Positions 20,026 through 29,827 of a stretch of DNA of 64,000 nucleotides are shown here, one piece after another (position 1 is the first letter of the stretch; the number at the start of each line of letters is the position of its first letter). The notes beneath the pieces are model-generated. The model saw only the letters and a list, made by a program, of their open reading frames with translations, did no database searches and was not told where the DNA came from. Where the stretch lies: contig DIFD01000022.1 of the NCBI GenBank assembly GCA_002418965.1, positions 142,070 to 206,069 of the forward strand. Reading direction: 5' to 3'. The DNA is from Peptococcaceae bacterium UBA5757 (GTDB lineage: Bacteria; Bacillota; Dehalobacteriia; UBA4068). Position numbers and translations under genes: made by a program.

Positions 20026-20155
20026 GTGACGGTGCCGCAAAAACTATATAAGAACATTTTTAAACGGTCTATAATCCTCTTTTTCATCTCACTAAAAGCC
20101 GTATTATTCTCTGTATTGAGTTTAATTAATAAAGAAGTAACGCGGCTTATGTATT

Positions 20156-21244
20156 TTAAGTCTTTGTAATTTGTTCGGTGGATAATAGTATCTGAACATG
20201 GTCGAGCAAGGCCTTGGCCAGATCGGCATTGGCATAGCGCCCGACAACTTGTCCCTTACAAAACAACAACCCTTCCCCTTTTCCGCCCGCGATGCCAATA
20301 TCGGCGCTTTTGGCCTCGCCGGGGCCGTTGACGGCGCACCCCATCACAGCGATAGAAACAGGAAAAGGCGGTTCGATGCCGGATAAAGCATCTTCCACCT
20401 GTAAAGCAATTTTTTCTACATCGACCTGCGTCCTGCCGCAGGTGGGGCAGGAAATAAAATTAAATCCTCGCTTGCACAAATGTAAAGCCTGCAAAATCTC
20501 TTTTGCAACCAATACCTCCTCAACGGGGTCTCCGGTCAAGGAAATACGGATGGTATCCCCAATGCCGCGGGAAAGAAGAATACCTACGGCCAAGGCTGAT
20601 TTAATGCTGCCTCGACGAACGGTTCCGGCCTCGGTCAGACCGATATGTAAGGGATAATCAGAAAAAGCAGACATCTGCTCATAGGCATCAATCATGCAAA
20701 TTACATCAGAAGATTTAAGCGAGACTACAATCTGGTCGAACCCTTCCTCTTCCAACATATGGATATGACCCAGAGCACTTTCTACCATGGCCTGCGGGCA
20801 GATACCGCCGTGTTTTTCCAGTAAGTCCTTTTCTAGAGACCCGGCATTAACCCCCACACGGATGGGAATGTTTCTTTCTTTGGCGGCCAAAGCGACTTCT
20901 TTAACCTTTTGCCGTCCGCCGATATTGCCCGGATTGAGCCGTAAACCATGAACGCCGGCCTCGATGGAAGCCAGCGCGAGTTTATAATCAAAATGAATGT
21001 CCGCAACAACGGGGATCGGGCTGGAAGTTACGATTGACCGTAAAGCCGCAGCCCCCTCAAAATCGGGGACAGCCAAACGGATGATCTGGCATCCGGCTTG
21101 AGCAAGCTTTTGGATCTGAGCTAATGTAGCCTTTACATCCGCCGTAGAGGTGTTGGTCATTGACTGGATGGAAATTGGGTTCCCGCCGCCGATTAGAACG
21201 TTTCCGACCGTTACAGTTTTTGTGTTTTTACGCTTCCAATCCAT
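20156..21244 (-). CDS. ispG: 4-hydroxy-3-methylbut-2-enyl-diphosphate synthase IspG (GcpE)
   Basis: Conserved IspG TIM-barrel and 4Fe-4S domain. Likely start MDWKRK (the ORF extends to 21286, overlapping rseP). Confidence 0.9.
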   Translation of the reverse strand: MDWKRKNTKTVTVGNVLIGGGNPISIQSMTNTSTADVKATLAQIQKLAQAGCQIIRLAVPDFEGAAALRSIVTSSPIPVVADIHFDYKLALASIEAGVHGLRLNPGNIGGRQKVKEVALAAKERNIPIRVGVNAGSLEKDLLEKHGGICPQAMVESALGHIHMLEEEGFDQIVVSLKSSDVICMIDAYEQMSAFSDYPLHIGLTEAGTVRRGSIKSALAVGILLSRGIGDTIRISLTGDPVEEVLVAKEILQALHLCKRGFNFISCPTCGRTQVDVEKIALQVEDALSGIEPPFPVSIAVMGCAVNGPGEAKSADIGIAGGKGEGLLFCKGQVVGRYANADLAKALLDHVQILLSTEQITKT

Positions 21245-21260
21245 GTAGAAAGTCCCCTTT

Positions 21261-22301
21261 TTATCCGCCGTTAAATAAACGTGCAATATCCTGATAGGTA
21301 ATGATAATCATGAGTGCAAACAGGATCATCAAACCGACAAAATGAACCATGCCTTCTTTTTCCCGATTGACGGGCTTGCGTCGAATGCCTTCAATCGCCA
21401 AAAATACCAGACGGCTACCATCCAAGGCAGGTAGCGGCAAAAGGTTGATCACGCCAAGATTCAGGCTTAAATACGCCGTTAAATACAATAAATTTTGAAA
21501 TCCCGCATTGGCCGCCTGCCCCACATAATTAACAATCCCGACCGGACCGGTAACATCCACGGGCATCTGATGCGTTAGCATCAGAAAGAGCGCCTGCAAC
21601 AATTGAACCGTCATTTGAAAAGATTGCTTGATTCCCAACGCTATCGCTGAAAAAAACCCGACCTTTTCAATGCTTTGCGTAACACCAAGCATCCAATATC
21701 CGGCCTCTTTGTTATATGTCGGAGTCAATTGCACTGTCAACATCTCGCCATCGCGTTGTACTTTGATTTGCAATGGTTTGCCGGCATCCTGGACCTGGCC
21801 TTTTTCCTGATCCTGCACGATGGTGATAATATCGGCCCACTGCGTTACGGCAACTCCGTTAATGTCTTCGATCACATCGCCGGGTAAAATACCGGCGGCT
21901 TCCGCAGACAAGCCCGAAGATACATTACCGACGATATTTTTTGCAGAAGGCATTCCCATAGCTGTGAATACCACAGCAAAAAGCAAAATAGCCACAATAA
22001 AATTCGTCAAAGGTCCGGCAAAGATCACAGACATTCTCCGCCAGACAGCCTTATGATTAAAGGAGCGCGGATCATCTACGGATTCGTCCTCACCCATCAT
22101 GCGGACAGATCCTCCGATCGGAAAAAGGCGTAAGGTATACTCCGTTTCTTTTCCTTTATGCTGCCACAGTTTCGGTCCCATACCCAAACTAAAATCATAT
22201 ACAAAAATCCGATTGGCTTTAGCCACAATAAAATGACCAAACTCATGGGAGATTATTAAAAGACAAAATACCAGTATGGCCCAAATAATGCTCATTCCCA
22301 T
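21261..22301 (-). CDS. rseP: RIP site-2 zinc metalloprotease RseP
   Basis: HEFGHF zinc motif, PDZ domain, multi-TM. Position between dxr and ispG/proS as in Firmicutes. Confidence 0.9.
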   Translation of the reverse strand: MGMSIIWAILVFCLLIISHEFGHFIVAKANRIFVYDFSLGMGPKLWQHKGKETEYTLRLFPIGGSVRMMGEDESVDDPRSFNHKAVWRRMSVIFAGPLTNFIVAILLFAVVFTAMGMPSAKNIVGNVSSGLSAEAAGILPGDVIEDINGVAVTQWADIITIVQDQEKGQVQDAGKPLQIKVQRDGEMLTVQLTPTYNKEAGYWMLGVTQSIEKVGFFSAIALGIKQSFQMTVQLLQALFLMLTHQMPVDVTGPVGIVNYVGQAANAGFQNLLYLTAYLSLNLGVINLLPLPALDGSRLVFLAIEGIRRKPVNREKEGMVHFVGLMILFALMIIITYQDIARLFNGG

Positions 22302-22326
22302 ACCTAAAGCTTCCTCCTTATACCAT

Positions 22327-23478
22327 TCAACCGTTATCCAACAGTTCTTTTACCTGAATCCGGCTTTGCCGGTCCACATAATAGACTTCTTCCAAATCCG
22401 AACCCTCTAAAGGTTCATGATTTTCCATGATCTTTTTTATATAATATCCGATATCATGAAAATTTATTTCATCACGCAAATAAGCCCAAACCAATTCTTC
22501 ATTGGCAGCGTTCATGGCCGCAGCGAAGGTCTTGCCTAAAAACCCTGCCTCATAGGCCAAACGCAAACAAGGAAAACGGTCAAAATCGGGTTTTTCAAAA
22601 GTTAAAGTACCCATTTGTGCAAAATCGATTTTTTGTAACGGATTGGCTTGCCTTTGAGGGTAAGTCAACGCATATTGGATCGGAATCCTCATATCGGCCG
22701 GACCTAATTGAGCCAAGATAGCGCCGTCGACATATTGTACCATGGAGTGGATTACGCTTTGCGGATGAATCACAACCCGGATGCGGTCATAATCAACACC
22801 AAACAGCATATGCGCCTCGATTACTTCCAGGCCTTTATTCATCAAGGTGGCGCAATCGATGGTGATCTTTGCTCCCATCTGCCAAGTAGGATGACAAAGG
22901 GCTTCTTTGGCTTTTACCGATTTCATCTGTTCATAGCTCATCCGGCGAAACGGTCCGCCGGAAGCTGTCAACAAAATAGAATCCAAGCCGCCTTTTTCCT
23001 GCCCCAAACATTGAAAAACAGCCGAGTGTTCACTGTCCACCGGCAAAATAGAAACTCCTGCTTCTTGAGCCATTTTTATGACAATTTGCCCGGCCGCAAC
23101 TAAAACTTCTTTATTCGCCAGAGCAATATCTTTCCCCTTCTTGATGGCTTCCACAACGGGAAGGAGCCCTGCCACGCCAGAGATGGCCGCTACCACTGTA
23201 TCAGCCTGATCCAAGGTCGCTGCGGCAATAATGCCTTCCCGCCCCGCCAAAACCTGACAAGTAGTATCCCTTAATAGAGACTTTAATTCTTTATATTTTG
23301 TTTCATCGGCAACAGCGACCAAAACCGGGTGATACCGATGTGCCTGATTCGATAAGAGTTCAACATCGCAATTGGCGCAAAGTGCGCCAATTTGGAGATC
23401 ATCGGCAAACCAATCAGTAACATCCAGAGTCTGCCTGCCGATCGAACCGGTAGAACCGAGAATGGAAAGTGTTTTCAT
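22327..23478 (-). CDS. dxr: 1-deoxy-D-xylulose 5-phosphate reductoisomerase
   Basis: 383 aa. N-terminal GSTGSIG NADPH motif, conserved Dxr core. Confidence 0.95.
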   Translation of the reverse strand: MKTLSILGSTGSIGRQTLDVTDWFADDLQIGALCANCDVELLSNQAHRYHPVLVAVADETKYKELKSLLRDTTCQVLAGREGIIAAATLDQADTVVAAISGVAGLLPVVEAIKKGKDIALANKEVLVAAGQIVIKMAQEAGVSILPVDSEHSAVFQCLGQEKGGLDSILLTASGGPFRRMSYEQMKSVKAKEALCHPTWQMGAKITIDCATLMNKGLEVIEAHMLFGVDYDRIRVVIHPQSVIHSMVQYVDGAILAQLGPADMRIPIQYALTYPQRQANPLQKIDFAQMGTLTFEKPDFDRFPCLRLAYEAGFLGKTFAAAMNAANEELVWAYLRDEINFHDIGYYIKKIMENHEPLEGSDLEEVYYVDRQSRIQVKELLDNG

Positions 23479-23503
23479 ATCCCGTTAACCTCAAAACTGT
23501 GAC

Positions 23504-24643
23504 TTAAGATTCCCTAGGCGGAGCCGGAGGAATTTTATCCGCAACTTCTTTTTTAGTACGGAAGAAGGATATAATTAAGGCTGCAACAAGTGGTCCTATA
23601 ATGATACCCAATACCCCAATGATCTCAAACCCGATAAACATCGAGGCAAGCGATGCCAAAGGATGCAAGCCAACCCGGTCTCCCACTACCTTTGGCTGGA
23701 GCAGGTTGCGGGTAATCGTCAAGACCAAAAACAAAACCAACATGCCGACCCCGGTAAAATAATCTCCGGTTAATAAAGCGATGATCCCCCAGGGAACAAT
23801 AATCGTACCCGGTCCTAAAACGGGGATAAAATCCAGCAGTCCGGCTATAAGGCCTATTGTGAAAGCGCCATCAACCCCAATGATAAAAAGCGCAATGATA
23901 CATATTGCGGTCGTAATGGCAACCAAAATAATTTGGGCAATACAAAATCCGCTGATTACATTTGAGAAGTTCTGATAGGTGATAGTAGCTGCTTCCCTAT
24001 GTCTTTTAGGGAATATATTGATCAGCATATTTTGTACTTTTTCATTATCCAAACACCAAAAATAAGTTGCAACAACGGTAACCAAAACCATAAAAAACCC
24101 TGTCGGCGTACCCTGCACAATACCTATCAAACTTTGTGTGAAGTAATTTGCAAAACTGGCAATCGCATTGGTAATCGTATCGATCCCGGATTGTATGCTG
24201 GAAAGGTCCGATTGCGCAAGATTCATTTTATCGATGTTACGAACAATCCCTTCGAAATACTCATAAATACCGTTTTGCGCTTGCGGCAGATACGCAACAA
24301 AACCGGAGATGGCATTAATCAAGCGGGCAATGATTAGGGTAAGAATGGTTCCAAAGACAGCAAGTAAAAAAACAACAATTAGTAAAACGGACAATTTACG
24401 GGAAAAGTGAAAGCGTCTGACAAAAAATTCAACCCACGGTTTTGTCATGATGGCAATTAACCAAGCCAAAATAAACGGTAATATCAATATCATCAAAAAG
24501 AAAAATATCTTACTGAACACCGGAGCAAAATAATAAACGAATAAAATCAAGCAAGCAAGTATAATCAGGACTAAAAGGGCCTTTAAGACACGCTCCTTTA
24601 ATTTTTCATGATCCGTTTGCAACGAACGGTCACCTTCTTCCAT
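23504..24643 (-). CDS. AI-2E family transporter (YtvI/PerM-like sporulation integral membrane protein)
   Basis: 379 aa polytopic membrane protein with AI-2E family topology. Confidence 0.65.
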   Translation of the reverse strand: MEEGDRSLQTDHEKLKERVLKALLVLIILACLILFVYYFAPVFSKIFFFLMILILPFILAWLIAIMTKPWVEFFVRRFHFSRKLSVLLIVVFLLAVFGTILTLIIARLINAISGFVAYLPQAQNGIYEYFEGIVRNIDKMNLAQSDLSSIQSGIDTITNAIASFANYFTQSLIGIVQGTPTGFFMVLVTVVATYFWCLDNEKVQNMLINIFPKRHREAATITYQNFSNVISGFCIAQIILVAITTAICIIALFIIGVDGAFTIGLIAGLLDFIPVLGPGTIIVPWGIIALLTGDYFTGVGMLVLFLVLTITRNLLQPKVVGDRVGLHPLASLASMFIGFEIIGVLGIIIGPLVAALIISFFRTKKEVADKIPPAPPRES

Positions 24644-24689
24644 TTGAATTCACTTAAATATAATCCGATTGTTCGGTCACTTTCAACGA

Positions 24690-25472
24690 CTATAAAAATA
24701 ATTTTAAGACAATACAAAGATATGGCGCTGTCAATAAGATGCTGTCAAAACGGTCCCAAATCCCACCATGCCCCGGCAAAATATTGCCGGAATCTTTTAC
24801 GTCCGCCCATCTTTTTACCATGGATTCCAATAAGTCCCCCACTTGTGCAAAAACGGAACCGCCTAGCCCTATTACTATTAATTGCCAAATTTGTAAATTT
24901 AATACAATTGACCCAAAAATTAATACACTTAAAATAGAAATAAGTAGTCCGCCGATTGCCCCTTCTACGGTTTTTTTAGGACTGATCTCCGGCGCCAACT
25001 TGTGCTTTCCTATACAGATACCGACTGCATAAGCGCCGATATCCGTAAACCAGGTAATAAAAAAAGCCAATAACAGCCAAACCCATGTGTCATGAGCAAA
25101 ACGCAAATACAAAATCGAGCCAAAACCGAGCGCAAAATAAACCGTTCCGGCGAAGTTCATCATGGTTCCTTCTAAAGCATATGCTTTGCCGCGGAAATGC
25201 AAAAACATAATGATCACAAAAGAAAGTAATAATACCGCCGGCAGATAGGCGAATTGGGCATACCCGGTCAGTAAACCAATAAAAAGAGCAATGACAATTG
25301 AAAACACAGTATTGGTCTTATAGTTTTTATGAGCCAGCATCCGACAATATTCGTAAACCGACATGGTTATAAGAAAAGCCACAGCCGCAATCAGTGCAAT
25401 ATTCCCAACCCAAATTGCTAATAGCAGTAAAGGAACAAAAACAAGGGCTGTAGTTACTCGTGTTTTCAACAT
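24690..25472 (-). CDS. cdsA: phosphatidate cytidylyltransferase
   Basis: CdsA C-terminal signature (...GHGGIWDRFDS...). Start probably the internal M (the ORF extends to 25526, overlapping uppS). Confidence 0.85.
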   Translation of the reverse strand: MLKTRVTTALVFVPLLLLAIWVGNIALIAAVAFLITMSVYEYCRMLAHKNYKTNTVFSIVIALFIGLLTGYAQFAYLPAVLLLSFVIIMFLHFRGKAYALEGTMMNFAGTVYFALGFGSILYLRFAHDTWVWLLLAFFITWFTDIGAYAVGICIGKHKLAPEISPKKTVEGAIGGLLISILSVLIFGSIVLNLQIWQLIVIGLGGSVFAQVGDLLESMVKRWADVKDSGNILPGHGGIWDRFDSILLTAPYLCIVLKLFL

Positions 25473-25482
25473 ACAAATCCCC

Positions 25483-26301
25483 CTATAAAATACCACCATA
25501 ACGGCGTTGGCGTTTTTGATAATCAATGACAGCTCTCATCAATTCTTTTTTATCAAAATCCGGCCATAATACCAATGTATAATAGAACTCCGTATAAGCT
25601 AGCTGCCATAATAAAAAGTTGCTGACGCGCATTTCTCCCGATGAACGAATAATAATATCCGGATCGGGCTGTCCGGCTGTATATAATCTTTGGGTAATCA
25701 AATCGGTAATGGCATCGTCATCCATCGATAAAACATCTTCCAACTTAATCAAACCTTGTTCGATGTTTTGAGCTATACATTTGACGGCATGCCCGATTTC
25801 CCTTCTCGAACCGTAATTTACGGCAATATTTAATGTCATCCCTGTATTGCTAGATGTAAGCTCGATGGCATCGTCAAACGCTTTGCGAATTTCATTAGAA
25901 AAGGGGTCTAAATCGCCCAATGCCAGAACCCTGACATTTTCTTTATGCAAAAACGCAACTTCTTTCTTCAGATATTCCAAAAAAAGCGTCATTAAGAAAG
26001 ATACTTCTTCCGATGGTCGGCTCCAGTTTTCCGTTGAAAAAGCAAATATCGTTAAATAACCGACACCTAAGTCACTACAAATTTCAACTGTTTTTTTTAA
26101 AGCTGTCATTCCGTAACGGTGTCCAATATTCCGAGGAAGCATTCTTTTTTTTGCCCAACGACCGTTCCCGTCCATAATAATAGCGATATGCTTGGGCAGA
26201 TTATCTTCGTAGATGGCTTGCAACAATTCAAGATAAGTCTTGCTTGGATTGTGACCTCTGTTTTTTTCTTTTGCTAATACTTTATCAACCAAACCTACCA
26301 T
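25483..26301 (-). CDS. uppS: undecaprenyl-diphosphate synthase (isoprenyl transferase)
   Basis: HIAIIMDGNGRWA motif and conserved UPPS fold motifs. Confidence 0.92.
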   Translation of the reverse strand: MVGLVDKVLAKEKNRGHNPSKTYLELLQAIYEDNLPKHIAIIMDGNGRWAKKRMLPRNIGHRYGMTALKKTVEICSDLGVGYLTIFAFSTENWSRPSEEVSFLMTLFLEYLKKEVAFLHKENVRVLALGDLDPFSNEIRKAFDDAIELTSSNTGMTLNIAVNYGSRREIGHAVKCIAQNIEQGLIKLEDVLSMDDDAITDLITQRLYTAGQPDPDIIIRSSGEMRVSNFLLWQLAYTEFYYTLVLWPDFDKKELMRAVIDYQKRQRRYGGIL

Positions 26302-26404
26302 AAAAATCCCCTTTAGATAAAAAGGCTAAAAAGCAATCTATTCCATAATAATGGTAATTATCTCATATATTAAATAAAAATGCAAAGAGAAGTGTGATCT
26401 GTAA

Positions 26405-26446
26405 TAAAAAGGATTCTTTGGTAAACAAAGAATCCTTTTTGTTTTT
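26405..26446 (-). terminator. bidirectional rho-independent terminator downstream of the ferredoxin gene
   Basis: aaggattctttg-gtaaa-caaagaatcctt with flanking A- and T-runs. Confidence 0.65.
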
Positions 26447-26472
26447 AAATCAAGCATATAAGTATTGGTGTT

Positions 26473-26638
26473 ATTAGTCTTCAATAATTGCCCCTACCGG
26501 GCAAGCTTCCACACAAAGACCACATTCCAGGCAACTTTCTGTAATTTTATAGATATCGCCTTCTTTAATCGCATCGTTTGGGCATTCGGACAGACAAGAA
26601 CCGCAAGCGAGACACTCTTCGGTGATTTTATATGCCAT
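26473..26638 (-). pseudogene. 2[4Fe-4S] ferredoxin, reading frame broken by +1 frameshift in a C4 homopolymer (as sequenced)
   Basis: Good SD (GGAGGTG) + ATG at 26638. N-half MAYKITEECLACGSCLSECP and, after one extra C at ~26578-26581, C-half NDAIKEGDIYKITESCLECGLCVEACPVGAIIED*. Two CxxCxxCxxxCP motifs. Confidence 0.5.
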
Positions 26639-26717
26639 CAACAGCACCTCCTTCCAATATTAGCAGAAATTTTTCTTATACTGACACTAACGTATGCAAG
26701 AAAATATACTCTAAAGC

Positions 26718-27302
26718 TTAAACTTCCATAATCTCTTTTTCTTTTTGGGCAAAAACTTCATCCAGTTTTTGAATATATTTGTCTGTCAATTTTTGGGTAG
26801 TTTCCAAGCCACGTTTCACATCATCTTCGGAAACTTCCTTCGATTTTTCCAATGCTTTCAGCTCATCGTTAGAATCGCGGCGCAGGTTGCGAACAACTAC
26901 TTTAGCCTCTTCTGTTTTTTTGGCGCAAATCTTGACCAGTTCTTTGCGTCTGTCTTCCGTCAGCTGCGGAATAGCAATGCGCAAGACCTGACCGTCACTG
27001 TTGGGATTAAGCCCCAAATCTGATTTTAGCAATGCTTTTTCAATTGCGGAAATCATTGTTTTATCCCAAGGCTGAATCAAAATCAACCGCGGTTCCGGAC
27101 AAGAGATGTTCGCCGTTTGATTGATTGGGGTAGGCGTGCCATAATAATCAACGGCGACTTTATCCAACAGAGCCGGAGTTGCCCGGCCAGCCCGGACAGA
27201 GGCAAAATCCTTACGCAAAATTTCCACAACTTTTTGCATTTTTGCTTCGGTTTCATCCAGTATGAGCTTAATCAAGCGTTCCACCTCCCAAATACGTTCC
27301 AA
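26718..27302 (-). CDS. frr: ribosome recycling factor
   Basis: RRF fold signature. True start likely a few codons inside the ORF (the ORF overlaps the pyrH stop). Confidence 0.9.
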   Translation of the reverse strand: MERIWEVERLIKLILDETEAKMQKVVEILRKDFASVRAGRATPALLDKVAVDYYGTPTPINQTANISCPEPRLILIQPWDKTMISAIEKALLKSDLGLNPNSDGQVLRIAIPQLTEDRRKELVKICAKKTEEAKVVVRNLRRDSNDELKALEKSKEVSEDDVKRGLETTQKLTDKYIQKLDEVFAQKEKEIMEV

Positions 27303-27993
27303 TATCTTCTCCCATTACGGCACGTTTTATGTTTCCCTCGCCGGTAAGATCAAAAACGATGATCGGTATTTTATTATCTTTACATAAAGAGGCAGCAGTC
27401 GAATCCATTACTCCGAGGCCCAGATTCAATACATCCATGTAGGATAGCGACTTAAAGCGTTTGGCATTGGAGTTTTTATTGGGGTCTGAGTCATAGATTC
27501 CGTCTACCTTTTTGGCCATTAAGATCACGTCGGCTTCGAGTTCAGCAGCCCTTAGTGCCGCTGTTGTATCGGTGGAAAAATAGGGGTTGCCTGTCCCAGC
27601 GGCAAAAATCACCACACGGCCTTTTTCCAAATGCCGGATGGCCCGGCGGCGGATATAAGTTTCAGCAATCTGATGCATCTCGATAGCAGACTGTACCCGC
27701 GTCATCACACCGACTTGTTCCAAGGCATCCTGAAGCGCCAGAGCATTCATCACAGTAGCAAGCATACCCATATAGTCAGCAGTTGCACGGTCGATTCCTT
27801 TTGAATTGCCGGAAATGCCGCGCCAGATATTGCCGCCACCGACAACGATCGCCACTTGCACCCCGAGCTCATTTACCTCTCTGATTTGTTTGGAAATGGA
27901 AGAAAGTGTTCCAAAATCAAGTCCATAACCAAGGTTGCCCGCTAAAGCCTCACCACTGATTTTTAAGATCAGCCTTTTATATTTTGTTTCCAT
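27268..27993 (-). CDS. pyrH: UMP kinase
   Basis: 241 aa, [14 protein letters not shown]-terminus, amino-acid kinase family. Confidence 0.95.
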   Translation of the reverse strand: METKYKRLILKISGEALAGNLGYGLDFGTLSSISKQIREVNELGVQVAIVVGGGNIWRGISGNSKGIDRATADYMGMLATVMNALALQDALEQVGVMTRVQSAIEMHQIAETYIRRRAIRHLEKGRVVIFAAGTGNPYFSTDTTAALRAAELEADVILMAKKVDGIYDSDPNKNSNAKRFKSLSYMDVLNLGLGVMDSTAASLCKDNKIPIIVFDLTGEGNIKRAVMGEDIGTYLGGGTLD

Positions 27994-28056
27994 AAAACCC
28001 CTCCATAAATCATTTAATAAAAATCAAATCTTCTATTAGAGGTGATGGCTTCAAGA

Positions 28057-28701
28057 TTAAAACTTCATGGCTGCAACCTCATCTGCTAAGTTGCATTCTT
28101 TTTTAGTCAGGCCTTCTCCCATCTGGAAACGGGCAAAACGGCGAATGGAAATGTTTTCTCCCATTTTAGCAATCTTATCTGTTACCAAATCCTGAACTGT
28201 CTTATCTGTATCTTTAATAAATGGCTGTTCCAGAAGGCATACTTCTTTAAAATATTTGTCAATTTTTCCTTCTACTATTTTTTCGATTATTTTTTCCGGT
28301 TTACCTTCTTCTAAAGCTTGAGCGCGCAAAACTTCTCTTTCACTTTCGATTGTATCTGCGGGAATTTCTTCGCGTTTGATAAATTTTGGGCTGGACGCGG
28401 CAATTTGCAGGGCAATATCACGGCAAAGTTCTTTATACTCCGGCGTGTTGGCAACAAAGTCTGTTTCGCAATTGACTTCTACCAAGACCCCGATCCGTCC
28501 GCCACCGTGGATATAAGCTTCTACAATGCCTTCAGCCGCAACTCTGTCGGCTTTTTTCGCTGCGAAGGCAAGGCCCTTTTCTTTTAAATATTCAATGGCT
28601 TTTTCCATATCCCCATCAAATTCCGTCAATGCTCTCTTGCAATCCATCATCCCGGCATTTGTTTTTTCTCTCAATTCTTTTACAGCAGCTGCACTAATCA
28701 T
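28057..28701 (-). CDS. tsf: elongation factor Ts
   Basis: 214 aa, N-terminal UBA-like [25 protein letters not shown]. Confidence 0.95.
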   Translation of the reverse strand: MISAAAVKELREKTNAGMMDCKRALTEFDGDMEKAIEYLKEKGLAFAAKKADRVAAEGIVEAYIHGGGRIGVLVEVNCETDFVANTPEYKELCRDIALQIAASSPKFIKREEIPADTIESEREVLRAQALEEGKPEKIIEKIVEGKIDKYFKEVCLLEQPFIKDTDKTVQDLVTDKIAKMGENISIRRFARFQMGEGLTKKECNLADEVAAMKF

Positions 28702-28810
28702 AATTGAACCCTCCCATATTTCTACTAGATCTATTTTCTATATACTTCTATCTATTTTACTTTCATTTAATTCTTCTATACATTTAGGTTAAAACCCCTA
28801 TTAAAAATAC

Positions 28811-28841
28811 AAAAAAGGCGGGGATAACCCCGCCTTTTTAC
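28811..28841 (-). terminator. rho-independent terminator/attenuator between rpsB and tsf
   Basis: aaaaaa-ggcgggg-ataa-ccccgcc-ttttt. Confidence 0.7.
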
Positions 28842-28843
28842 TA

Positions 28844-29686
28844 TTATACTTCAGCGGGAGCTTCTTGTTCCACTGCAACCTCTTCTTCTACTGCCACAGG
28901 AACCTCTTCCGTTGCAACAGCAATCGCTTCTTCTGCCGCAGAGATCTCTTCTGCTTCAACGGCAGGTGATAACTTGGCAAGCGGTGCAACATCTGCAATT
29001 TCAGCGCTTTGCCTACCTTCTATGATGGCATCTGCCATCTTTGCCGAAAGTAATTTAACGGCACGGATAGCATCATCGTTACCGGGGATAATGTAATCTA
29101 TCTCATCCGGATCACAGTTGGTGTCAACAATCGCTACAACGGGAATTTTTAAGCGGCGGGCCTCGGCGATGGCGATCCGTTCTTTTCTCGGGTCTACCAC
29201 AAACAATGCGCCGGGGATCTTTTTCATATCTTTGATACCGCCCAAGAAACGTTCCAATTTAACTTTTTCTGCACGAAGCTGTGAGACTTCTTTTTTTGGC
29301 AAAACTTCAAACGTACCGTCTTCTTCCATTTTTTCCAGGCTGCGCAAATAATCAATACGCTGCTGAATGGTATGAAAGTTGGTCAACATGCCGCCCAACC
29401 AGCGTTCATTGACAAAATACATGTTGCAACGGAGTGCTTCTTCCTTGATGGAATCCTGGGCCTGTTTTTTAGTGCCGACAAACAGTACCGTTTGACCATC
29501 CTGGGAGATGCTGCGGACAAAATTGTACGCCTCTTCAACCTTATGAACCGTTTTTTGCAAATCGATAATGTAAATGCCGTTGCGCTCGGTAAAAATATAC
29601 TTTGCCATTTTGGGGTTCCAACGGCGTGTCTGGTGACCGAAGTGTACCCCGGCCTCCAACAATTGTTTCATAGAAATAACAGACAT
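28844..29686 (-). CDS. rpsB: 30S ribosomal protein S2 with acidic Ala/Glu/Val-rich C-terminal tail
   Basis: [27 protein letters not shown]... start. The ORF-track N-terminal extension (to 29773) is unlikely to be translated. Confidence 0.93.
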   Translation of the reverse strand: MSVISMKQLLEAGVHFGHQTRRWNPKMAKYIFTERNGIYIIDLQKTVHKVEEAYNFVRSISQDGQTVLFVGTKKQAQDSIKEEALRCNMYFVNERWLGGMLTNFHTIQQRIDYLRSLEKMEEDGTFEVLPKKEVSQLRAEKVKLERFLGGIKDMKKIPGALFVVDPRKERIAIAEARRLKIPVVAIVDTNCDPDEIDYIIPGNDDAIRAVKLLSAKMADAIIEGRQSAEIADVAPLAKLSPAVEAEEISAAEEAIAVATEEVPVAVEEEVAVEQEAPAEV

Positions 29687-29827
29687 TAAAAAGTTCCTCC
29701 TTTTGTTTTCCCTCCGATGCTTCCAAAGCTTTTCACCCGAAAACAACCGGGCACTCAAAAAGCCAATCCACACCGTGTGTATTTTACACCATTTAACACT
29801 ATAGCATAGTTTTTTAATAAATGCAAG

